A stretch of DNA of 64,000 nucleotides. Origin: Dehalococcoidia bacterium (GTDB taxonomy: Bacteria > Chloroflexota > Dehalococcoidia > Lucifugimonadales > UBA2962). The notes below the pieces were generated by a model that ran no database searches, was not told the DNA's origin, and saw nothing but the letters and a program-made list of their open reading frames with translations. Numbering within the stretch: position 1 is the stretch's first letter; each line of letters starts with the position of its first letter. The position numbers were made by a program, and so were the translations under genes. The stretch lies in the NCBI GenBank assembly GCA_965116605.1, contig OZ220697.1, forward strand, positions 81,427 to 145,426. The letters run 5' to 3'. Positions 28,239-36,212 of the stretch are shown here, in pieces.

Positions 28239-28589
28239 TTGACGACACCAGGAATCGAGACGGCATCCCCGCTGAGGCGCCTTGCGGCCCTCTTGATCGA
28301 CTTTGTGCTCATCCCGCTGACCCTCATCATCGGATACGTCATCTGGTGGCTCCTTGTCCTCGGACGGGGCCAGACCCCGGGTAAGCAGATCCTTGCCATC
28401 AAGGCCGTGCGCCGAGACGGCGAGCCGACCGGCTGGGGTCTCATGTTCATCCGCGAGATACTCAAGTTGCCGCTCCACGCCTTCACGCTGGGCCTGGTCG
28501 CAGACGGGGTAGTGCTCCTGATCGACGAGAAAGAGCACCGGTCCATAATCGACCGCGTCGCCGATACGAGGGTGGTCTACTCGGATTGA
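28239..28589 (+). CDS. RDD-family membrane protein
   Basis: RRLAALLIDFVLI...GQTPGKQILAIKAV and a terminal ...IIDRVADTRVV match the RDD domain pattern. TTG start after AAGGAGGGG. Confidence 0.75.
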   Translation: MTTPGIETASPLRRLAALLIDFVLIPLTLIIGYVIWWLLVLGRGQTPGKQILAIKAVRRDGEPTGWGLMFIREILKLPLHAFTLGLVADGVVLLIDEKEHRSIIDRVADTRVVYSD

Positions 28590-28674
28590 TACGGTGCCTG
28601 CCCCGGAGGCCAGTTCCGGTGGCTGAGGGGCGAGGCGCCGGCTAACCGGGGCCCTGCCCGGCTGGAGGTTTCAG

Positions 28675-29562
28675 CTAGCCTCCGACAAGCGTGAGGCGGC
28701 GGTCCAGGGCGTTCCAGGGGATCATGGCATCGATCCAGCTGCCCAGGCGGTTGAGGTAGACGTTGGCGGCGTCCAGGATCTCCTTCAGCTCATCGCTCGA
28801 TGTCGCCGCCTCGGCCGCCTCGGCCGCCTGGCGGACCAGGGCGGTCGCTTCTGGAAAGCCCCACTTTGACAGGCGGTGGTCGGTGCGAAGCAGGTAGGCG
28901 GCCGCCACCCTGCCGGCCTGGGCGGCGGGCATCTCGTCGGCCAGGGCCCGGGCGACGTGCAGGTTCTCCGTGCCCCAGAACAGATCGAAGTTCGAGTAGA
29001 CCACGCACGGGAGGTTGCCCATGGGGGGTCGGGTGTGCGTGCGCATGGCGGCGACGTCGGCGGGCTCGGTCTCCCAGATCTTCGCTGTCGCCGCGCGCAG
29101 CGCGTCTGCGGCCGCGTTTCCGGTCTTTGCCGGCGCCGGCCCGGACGATGGCCCTGATGGGTCCGACATGCGGATCGAGACCGGAAGCGAGCCGGCCTCA
29201 AGGATGCGCCTGCCGGCCGTGACCGCCCTTGGCAGGTCATCCGGCACGACCCGGGCGAACAGGTTTATGTAGCCGAAGGGCATGATCTCGCCGTAGAAAA
29301 GGCACAGGGTCTGGCTGCGCGGATAGTAGCCGATGTCCCCGGGCTCTACTGAGGGGACCTGGTTCTCTCCCGGCGGGGCGTAGAACGGGAGCATGGCTAT
29401 AGTCTCGTCGCCTGCGAACTTGGCGTTGACCCCGAACGTGCTCGTAGGCATCGCGCTCTCGAACGCGGCGCACGTCTCCGGCGCCTCGCCGGTAAGCAGG
29501 GCGGCCCTGACTGTTTCGCCGGCCATGTGAATCTCGAATGTCTTGTCCATCGGGTCGATCAC
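28675..29562 (-). CDS. Two-domain protein: cyclophilin-like (DUF3830-like, tentative) N-domain plus uncharacterised helical C-domain
   Basis: The N-terminal 130 aa (FEIHMAGETVRAALL...PGDIGYYPRSQTLCLFYG) resemble the cyclophilin-like DUF3830 fold family. A Pro/Ser linker follows, then an unrecognised 150-aa region. Last gene of the glutamate-synthase-like operon. Confidence 0.45.
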   Translation of the reverse strand: MIDPMDKTFEIHMAGETVRAALLTGEAPETCAAFESAMPTSTFGVNAKFAGDETIAMLPFYAPPGENQVPSVEPGDIGYYPRSQTLCLFYGEIMPFGYINLFARVVPDDLPRAVTAGRRILEAGSLPVSIRMSDPSGPSSGPAPAKTGNAAADALRAATAKIWETEPADVAAMRTHTRPPMGNLPCVVYSNFDLFWGTENLHVARALADEMPAAQAGRVAAAYLLRTDHRLSKWGFPEATALVRQAAEAAEAATSSDELKEILDAANVYLNRLGSWIDAMIPWNALDRRLTLVGG

Positions 29563-29632
29563 TCCTGTGGTGGCTGAGGTGGACCTTTGCCGGCGCGGGA
29601 TCGTGCGGCGGCCGGGGTGGGGGCGGTCGCTG

Positions 29633-30970
29633 CTAGTAGACCTTGTTTGAGCCGACCAGAGGTATGCCGCTCATGGCCGATGCGTCCACCGTCAGTGCCC
29701 TCAGGTCCTCGGGCTCCAGGTTGTGGATGTCGCGCTTTCCGCAGGCGCGCGCAAGCAGCTGGATCTCCAGGGTCAGGGCGTTCAGGTAGTTAAACACCCG
29801 GTCGGCCGCCTCGTCCGGGTCCAGCCTCGCCTCAAGGTCGGGGTCCTGCGTGGTGATGCCGACCGGGCACAGCCCGGTGTGGCAGTGGTGGCAGGCGCCG
29901 GGACTCGTTCCCAGCCGCTTGTAGTCCTCGGTGTAGATGGCCTTGTTGCAGTTAAGCGCGATCAGCGCCGCGGTGCCGATCGCCACGCCCTTTGCGCCCA
30001 GGGCGAGCGCCTTGGCCATGTCCGCGCCGCTGGCCAGTCCGCCCGAGACCACCAGGTCGACCTCCTCCTCGAGCCCCAGGTCCTGGAGCGCCCGGACCGC
30101 CTCCGCGGTCGCCGGCATGGTCGGTATGCCCGTGTGGTCCAGCTGGAGCTCGGGTGAGGCGCCCGTACCGGCCTCCATGCCGTCAATGACGATGACGTCC
30201 GCGCCGACCTTTGCGGCGAGCTTCACGTCGTCGGTCACCCGTCCGGCGCCCAGCTTTATGAACAGCGGAACGCGCCCCTCGGTGACCTCCCTTAGCTCCT
30301 CCATCTTTATCATCAGGTCGTCCGCCCCCATCCAGTCGGGGTGGCGGACGGGGCTGCGCTGGTCGACGCCCGGCGGAAGCTCGCGCTGGTTGGCGATGAC
30401 CTCGGAGACCTTGAGGCCAAGGAGAAGCCCGCCCGTCCCGGGCTTTGCCCCCTGGCCTATGACGATCTCCAGGGCGTCGGCGGAGCGCACATGGTCGGGG
30501 TTGAACCCGTAGCGGCTGGGAAGGACCTGGTACATGAGCATGCGCGAGGCCTCGCGCTCGGCAAGAAGCATGCCGCCGTCGCCGGTCACCGTCATGGTGC
30601 CCATGCGGGTGGCGGCCCTGCCCAGGGCCACCTTGGCACTCGCCGAGAGGGCTCCGAAGCTCATGCCCGATATGTAGATGGGCGTCTCCATCCTCAGCGG
30701 CTCGGACGCGTGCCTGGCGCCGAGCACGGTCTCGGTGCTGCACTTTTCGCGGTAGCCCTCCAGCGGCACGCGGCTCATGCCGGAGGTTATGAAGGTCAGG
30801 TCGTCGAACGAGGGAAGTCGCCTGAGGGTGCCGAAGCCGCGGATGCGGTAGCGGCCGAGCTCGGCCTTGGCCTGGATGTCCTCGACCACCTCCGGGCCGT
30901 AGAAAAAGCTCTCGCGGATGAGGGGTCTTGCCTCCTCCGATCCGCCGTTCGCCGAGGCGCCGCCTGTCAC
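29633..30970 (-). CDS. FMN-binding glutamate-synthase-family protein (GltB central domain; MgsC/GlxD-like)
   Basis: IDGMEAGTGASP and CHHCHTGLCPVGITTQ motifs. GTG 30970 after GGGAGGAAGG. The ORF-track start 31237 overlaps the upstream gene. Confidence 0.85.
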   Translation of the reverse strand: MTGGASANGGSEEARPLIRESFFYGPEVVEDIQAKAELGRYRIRGFGTLRRLPSFDDLTFITSGMSRVPLEGYREKCSTETVLGARHASEPLRMETPIYISGMSFGALSASAKVALGRAATRMGTMTVTGDGGMLLAEREASRMLMYQVLPSRYGFNPDHVRSADALEIVIGQGAKPGTGGLLLGLKVSEVIANQRELPPGVDQRSPVRHPDWMGADDLMIKMEELREVTEGRVPLFIKLGAGRVTDDVKLAAKVGADVIVIDGMEAGTGASPELQLDHTGIPTMPATAEAVRALQDLGLEEEVDLVVSGGLASGADMAKALALGAKGVAIGTAALIALNCNKAIYTEDYKRLGTSPGACHHCHTGLCPVGITTQDPDLEARLDPDEAADRVFNYLNALTLEIQLLARACGKRDIHNLEPEDLRALTVDASAMSGIPLVGSNKVY

Positions 30971-30992
30971 GGTACCTTCCTCCCTATGCGTG

Positions 30993-31688
30993 TCACAGCG
31001 CGGTCCGCCAGATCCTGAAGTCGCGCTTGTTGAAGTTGTAAAGTCGCTTGTCGGAGACGATCTTCCGGAACTCGGCGGCCTCGGGAATCCCTGCCACCTC
31101 GTAGCGGCCAAGCATCTCGGTAAGCTCGGCGGCGTCCCGCTCGTCGAGCTCGTCGAACTTGGCGCCGTTGCCGAAGTCGGCGACCTGGCCGCGGACGAAC
31201 ATGCGTCCCTCGTATATCGAGTCGGCGAACGCCTCACCGGTGTTCCCGCACACGATCATCACGCCCCGCTGGTTGACGAAGCCCGACATGTAGTCCACGG
31301 ACCCGCCGATCAGTATCGTCCCGCCCTTCTGGGAGATGCCGGTGCGCGGGCCGGTGTTGCCGTGGACCACGAGGGTGCCGCCCCTGATCGCCGCCCCGGC
31401 CGCGGCGCTGGCGTTGCCCCGCACGACGACGCTGCCTGACTGCATGTCGGAGGCGACCGACCAGCCGGCGTTTCCGGTGACCTCTATGTCGGCCAGCTTG
31501 AGCATGCCGCCGCAGTAGTAGCCGACGTTGCCGTCTATGGTCACGCTGCCGGGCTGGTTGAGCCCTACAGCAAGGTTGTGGCGGGACTCGGAGTTGGTTA
31601 CCAGCACCTCCCCGTCGGCCGTCAGGCCGGCGCGTATGGCGCTGTTAACTTCCCGCAGGCTAAGGCCCCTGGCGTCTACCGATGCCAC
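30993..31688 (-). CDS. GXGXG-motif protein (glutamate synthase alpha-subunit C-terminal domain; MgsB/GlxC-like)
   Basis: Repetitive beta-helix pattern GNVGYYCGGML...GNAGWSVASDM...GNASAAAGAAIRGG...GNTGPRTG; 231 aa. Confidence 0.85.
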   Translation of the reverse strand: MASVDARGLSLREVNSAIRAGLTADGEVLVTNSESRHNLAVGLNQPGSVTIDGNVGYYCGGMLKLADIEVTGNAGWSVASDMQSGSVVVRGNASAAAGAAIRGGTLVVHGNTGPRTGISQKGGTILIGGSVDYMSGFVNQRGVMIVCGNTGEAFADSIYEGRMFVRGQVADFGNGAKFDELDERDAAELTEMLGRYEVAGIPEAAEFRKIVSDKRLYNFNKRDFRIWRTAL

Positions 31689-32608
31689 GTGCCCACGGCC
31701 CTAGCGGTCGGTTCGTAGACGCGGGTCCCGCTCGTGATCAGGTGCCCGAGTGCGACCTCTTCCGAGGCCATCGCGACAAAGCCCTCGTCCTCTGCGACCA
31801 CAAGGGGCTTTGTGGAGAACCGGTCCTTGGCAAATCCGATGCCGTCCCGCGTGGTCACAAGATAGGTGAAGGTGCCGTCAAGGCCGTCGATCGAGTCTTC
31901 CAGCGCCTCTTCGAGCGTGGCGCCCGCCCGCAGGCGGTCGGCGATGAAGACGGATATCACCTCCGAGTCGTTGGTGGTCAGGAACTCGTAGCCGCGCCTC
32001 TGCAGCGAGCGGCGCAGGTTGTTGTGGTTGGTCAGCTGCCCGTTGTGCACGACGGCGATGTCGGGGAACGGTCTCGCCCAGAAGGGGTGCGAGTAGCAGA
32101 TGTTGACGATGCTCTCGGTGGCCAGCCGTGTGTGGGCGAGCCCGTGGGTGCCCTCAAAGCCCGCCACGTCGTAGACGGTCATCTCATCGGCCGGTCCGAC
32201 GTCCTTTACGATCTCCATCGCGTTGCCGAGGCTCAGGACCTCGGCCCCGGTCGACTCGATCGCGTGCGTGATGCCCGTCATGTGGTCAAGGTCCGTGGCG
32301 TCGGCCACGTCGCTGAGCTCGATACGGGCTATGTTGCCCGTGTACCTGACGCCGGCCACGGAGGCCACCTCGCCCACCCGCTCGCGAATCTCAGAGAGCC
32401 TTGCCTCGGCGCCGGCGCCGTTGGTCGGGCGGTCCCTTCGCAGGTGGACCCGGAGGGCAAGGTGCCCTGCGGGCAGGCCCCCGTAGAGCGCGAGGCCGGT
32501 CGAGTCCAGCCCGCGGCTCCCGAGAACCGTGGCCATGTCGGTAAGGCACCTGCCCAGGGACACGTCTCCACCGCCGTTCTTGAACATGAAACCGGCTATG
32601 CCGCACAC
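31676..32608 (-). CDS. Class-II (Ntn) glutamine amidotransferase (GltB N-terminal domain; MgsA/GlxB-like)
   Basis: GTG-TGC at 32608 puts the nucleophile Cys at residue 2 (M)CGIAGFMF, preceded by GAGGAGAG. HNGQLTNH motif. The ORF-track start 32644 would bury the Cys. Confidence 0.85.
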   Translation of the reverse strand: MCGIAGFMFKNGGGDVSLGRCLTDMATVLGSRGLDSTGLALYGGLPAGHLALRVHLRRDRPTNGAGAEARLSEIRERVGEVASVAGVRYTGNIARIELSDVADATDLDHMTGITHAIESTGAEVLSLGNAMEIVKDVGPADEMTVYDVAGFEGTHGLAHTRLATESIVNICYSHPFWARPFPDIAVVHNGQLTNHNNLRRSLQRRGYEFLTTNDSEVISVFIADRLRAGATLEEALEDSIDGLDGTFTYLVTTRDGIGFAKDRFSTKPLVVAEDEGFVAMASEEVALGHLITSGTRVYEPTARAVGTWHR

Positions 32609-32781
32609 GGACTTTCGCTCTCCTCGTGGCCCGGAAGGGCCCAAAAGGCACTAATCAGGCAGTCTATGGCCGTGGGAGGGGCCAGTCAATACGCCGCGGC
32701 GCGTGCTAGACTGTATGTCTCGGTTCCGCGACCCGACGGCCCGTCCGCCTGCTAAGCGGCTTTTTTAAGTCTCTGTGAGGT

Positions 32782-34020
32782 TTGGCGGCGTTGGCCGGCG
32801 TTCTGACTCGAATAAGGACGTTCAGGTCCTTTCGATACGGTGATTTCCGTCTGCTCTGGGTTGCCAGCGTGGGGACCTCCGGCGGATTTTTCTTCCAGCA
32901 GGTACTGATCGGCTGGCTCACCTACGACCTGACCGGGTCGGCCTTTCTGACCAGCGTCGTGCTCGGGCTCGACACGCTCCCGAACCTGATCGCAGCACCC
33001 CTCGGCGGCGTCCTGGTCGACAACCTGGACCGGCGCAAGGTGCTTGCCTTCGTTCCGGTCTACCAGTGCGCGCTGAGCGTGGCGTTCGGCCTTGTGATCC
33101 TGCTCGGACTCGTCGAGCCATGGCATATCTTCGTCTTCGTCCTTCTCATGGGATTTTCCTGGGTGATCATCGAGCCGGCACGCATGGCCATCATCCCCGG
33201 AATCGTGGGCGAGGACAGGCTGGTCAACGCATTTTCGCTGTTGCAGCTGGCGTTCAGCACGACCAGGCTGGTAGGTCCGGTAGTGGGGGGGATCGCGCTG
33301 GCGAGCCTGGGTCCTGCGGCGGCGGTGTTCGTTGCGGCGGGCTCCCAGTTCGTGGCGATGCTCATGGGCATGGCGATCCGCACGAGCAACCAGGCCGAGT
33401 CCAGGGTGACCCTGCGCACCGCCCTGACAGGGCTCGCCGGCTCGTTCCGCCTGGTGAGGGACACCCCGGTCGTACAGGCGCTGCTGCTGCTGGCGCTGAT
33501 CAGCCCTCTTGTTGTAGTGCCGTTTTCCTACGGGCTGATGCCGGTGTTCGCGGCCGAGGTGTACGACGTTGGCCCCGCCCGGCTGGGTGCGCTGCTATCC
33601 CTGATCGGTGCCGGATCGATGATAGGCACGATCGTGCTCGCCTCGATGCTGGATGTCCCGCGCAAGGGCTACGCGGCGATGGCGGGCGTGCTGGTCTCGG
33701 CGGCCGGGCTGGTGATGATGGCGCTCGCCCCGTCCTTCCCGGTCGCCGCGCTGGCCGCGGTAGTGGTGGGGATCGGGTTCACGAGCGCCCAGACGCTCGT
33801 GTCCTCGCTCCTGCAGAGGGTGGTGCCCGGCGAGTACCGCGGGCGAATCTCCGGCATCTGGATGATGACCTGGGGGACGGTGGTGGGCGGAGGCCTCGTG
33901 GCCGGGGCCCTTGCGGGCCCGCTGGGCGCTCCCCTGGCCGCCCTGGTGGGCTCCGGCATAGCAGCCGCCTCGGTGCTGGCGGTCATCGCCGGGTACCGGA
34001 CCGTGCGGGCGCTCAGTTAA
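32782..34020 (+). CDS. MFS transporter
   Basis: 12 TM helices and an N-terminal FRSFRYGDFRLLWV pattern common in MFS_1. Divergent from the amidotransferase operon. Confidence 0.8.
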   Translation: MAALAGVLTRIRTFRSFRYGDFRLLWVASVGTSGGFFFQQVLIGWLTYDLTGSAFLTSVVLGLDTLPNLIAAPLGGVLVDNLDRRKVLAFVPVYQCALSVAFGLVILLGLVEPWHIFVFVLLMGFSWVIIEPARMAIIPGIVGEDRLVNAFSLLQLAFSTTRLVGPVVGGIALASLGPAAAVFVAAGSQFVAMLMGMAIRTSNQAESRVTLRTALTGLAGSFRLVRDTPVVQALLLLALISPLVVVPFSYGLMPVFAAEVYDVGPARLGALLSLIGAGSMIGTIVLASMLDVPRKGYAAMAGVLVSAAGLVMMALAPSFPVAALAAVVVGIGFTSAQTLVSSLLQRVVPGEYRGRISGIWMMTWGTVVGGGLVAGALAGPLGAPLAALVGSGIAAASVLAVIAGYRTVRALS

Positions 34021-34173
34021 GAGCGCACCCAGCAAAGCCTGTTGACGATCATGGCCTACAGGTAGGCTCTCGTACCCGAGCTATATGGTCCGAGCGGAGG
34101 AGATGGATGCGCGATTGGCCGAGGCCGGCCGGCCGCAAGAGGTTCCCGGCAACCAGCCGGGCAGCGCGGTCCC

Positions 34174-34368
34174 TCAAGAGGAACTTTCGTTTTCCTCGAT
34201 AAGTTCCTCTCGGGTCACCCTTACGGACTCTCCTTTGTCGATTTGAGCCTCAGCTTGAAGGCAAGCCGCAATAGTATCGGGACGTTGGCTCAGTTCCAGA
34301 ACTTCCGCTTCCGCTAGTCGCGCGCTGGGTCGTGCCGCCAGGTTAACTTCGGACGCGCCTTGGCCCAT
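34174..34368 (-). CDS. Truncated Phd/YefM-type antitoxin-like ORF (orphan, possibly a remnant)
   Basis: ATG 34368 after AGGAGGG. AEVLELSQRPDTIAACLQAEAQIDKGESVRVTREEL resembles the C-terminal half of Phd/YefM antitoxins (ETxxLLxxPxxxxxLxxxxxxxxxG). The N-terminal beta-sheet part and any toxin partner are absent. Confidence 0.35.
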   Translation of the reverse strand: MGQGASEVNLAARPSARLAEAEVLELSQRPDTIAACLQAEAQIDKGESVRVTREELIEENESSS

Positions 34369-34816
34369 GACCGCCCTCCTAGGCTTGGTCGCCCCCTGCA
34401 AGTGGTGCGCAAATTATGGGATTGTCATACATTCCGTCAAGCATGGCTTGGTCAAGTTTTGCCGGGTACACCCGAGAGGAACCCTCATCCACCTATCCGT
34501 CTAGTACCACGTTTGGGACAGGGAATGCGGATCAAGAGGCTAATCCAGCCCCGTTAAGTCAGCTGCCATCGCAGCGTCCTTATCCCGTGCCGCGAGTCCC
34601 GCCTGAAAGCGCCTGTCGATGTGAAACCCCTTGCAAAGATTGACCCCGGTGCAGTTGGACGGTCACGGTCTACCGGTGTACGAGGGTGGAGCAGACCCAC
34701 GGGTGGCAGATTGTTGACCTCCTACAGTTGAGCCTTGGCGCTTGGCGAAACACCGTCCGTCCGGTGCGTGGACGAGGAGTGGAGAAGGACGCGGCGCCGA
34801 TGCTGCCCTACGCAGA

Positions 34817-36163
34817 CTAATACAGTTCCAGGTACTCGCTCTTTTCCCAGTCGGTTATGTGGGCCCGGAAGCGGGCGATCTCATGGCGTCTCATTACGGT
34901 GTAAACGGTAACGAACTCCTCGCCCAGCATCCCGGCGAACTCCCCGTCGGCCTCAAGGGCCGCAAGGGACTCCTCGAGCGTGGCGGGCAGCTTGGTGTAC
35001 TGGGGATCGTCCTCGACCGGGCCGGCCGACGGGTCGGGTGTGACGGCGGGGACGCCCTTCTCCAGGCCGAGCAGTCCTGTGGCCAGGACGCCGGCGACCG
35101 CCAGGTAGGGATTGGCGAGGCCGGTCCCCAGGCGGTTCTCCAGGTGCGTGCTGTCGTCGCGCGAGTTCTTGGCCCTTACCGCGGCGCTGCGGTCCTGCGG
35201 TCCCCAGCTGACGTTGGAGGGCGCGAAGTGGTGGGGCACAAAGCGGCTGTAGCAGTTGATGGTCGGGGCGAGCAGGGCCATCGATGCCGGGGTGTGGTCG
35301 AGCATCCCCTGGATGAACTGGCGCGCCACCGCGGACAGCCCGTCCGGGTCGTCGTTGTCGAGGAAGGCGTTTGCGCCCGTCGCCTTATCGGAGAGCGATA
35401 TGTGTATGTGGCAGCCGTTGGCGGCGTCCTCGGGCAGGGGCTTTGTCATGAAGGTGGCGTTGTAGCCCATCTGGTGGGCGATGGTCTTTACCCCGTTCTT
35501 GAAGGTAAAGCCCTGGTCGGCGGCGGCGATTCCGGTCGCCGGGGCGAAGTTGATCTCGAACTGGGACGGTGCGTACTCGCAGTTGGCGGTGATGATGTCC
35601 ACGCCGGCCCGCGGCATCTCGGCCAGGATCCGGTCGATGACGGGCACGTAGCGGTTGCGGAGCGTGTTGAAGATGTGCAGCCCGCCGAAGTAAGGGTCCG
35701 GGTCGGTCTTGTCGGGATCGAAGACGTAGAACTCGTACTCCAGGCCCACCTTGACCTCGTAGCCCATCGAGTCGGCCCGATCCAGCAGCTGGCGAAGCAG
35801 CCAGCGCGGGGCGGCCCTGTGGGGCGTTCCGTCCTCCCACTCGCCCTCGCAGATCAGCCTGGCCGTGTTCTCAAGCCAGGGCACGTCCAGCGCGGTCCCG
35901 AGGTCGGGCCGAAGGAGCTGGTCGGCGTAGTTGACCTCCTCGTTGTAGAGCGTATTGGGAACGACCGAGGAGGCGGTGTCGAGCGTGACCGTGCCCCCGT
36001 ACATGTTCAGGCCCCCCGTGGCGTAGCTCTCGACGTGGCCCAGGGGCACGATCTTCGATCGGCTCACCCCGTGCATGTCGGGAAGCTCGAACTGGACGTG
36101 GGTGATCCCACGCTGCTTCCATCCGCGAACCAGGTCCTCGATCGTGCTGTGGCTCCTTGCCAT
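34817..36163 (-). CDS. Glutamine-synthetase-family gamma-glutamyl ligase (GlnA3/PuuA/GmaS/GlnT-like)
   Basis: 448 aa. N-terminal beta-grasp (ITHVQFELPDMHGVSRSK) and a catalytic domain with NGCHIHISL. Substrate not assignable from sequence. Confidence 0.8.
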   Translation of the reverse strand: MARSHSTIEDLVRGWKQRGITHVQFELPDMHGVSRSKIVPLGHVESYATGGLNMYGGTVTLDTASSVVPNTLYNEEVNYADQLLRPDLGTALDVPWLENTARLICEGEWEDGTPHRAAPRWLLRQLLDRADSMGYEVKVGLEYEFYVFDPDKTDPDPYFGGLHIFNTLRNRYVPVIDRILAEMPRAGVDIITANCEYAPSQFEINFAPATGIAAADQGFTFKNGVKTIAHQMGYNATFMTKPLPEDAANGCHIHISLSDKATGANAFLDNDDPDGLSAVARQFIQGMLDHTPASMALLAPTINCYSRFVPHHFAPSNVSWGPQDRSAAVRAKNSRDDSTHLENRLGTGLANPYLAVAGVLATGLLGLEKGVPAVTPDPSAGPVEDDPQYTKLPATLEESLAALEADGEFAGMLGEEFVTVYTVMRRHEIARFRAHITDWEKSEYLELY

Positions 36164-36212
36164 CTTCTCTGTCCTCCTGTGCTGGCGGGTGCCAGTTTAA
36201 GTCAAGCTCGCC

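Noticed and set aside
32735-32765. Terminator-like ccgc-ctgctaa-gcgg followed by TTTTTT upstream of the MFS gene.
   Set aside because: The stem is only 4 bp, and the element lies in a divergent promoter region where no upstream plus-strand gene needs terminating.
34103-34246. 47-aa plus-strand ORF with a GGAGGAG SD (MDARLAEAGRPQEVPGNQPG...), antisense to the antitoxin-like ORF.
   Set aside because: It has no recognisable family and a low-complexity product, and it is fully antisense to an ORF with at least partial family resemblance. It is kept only as a possibility within the island finding.
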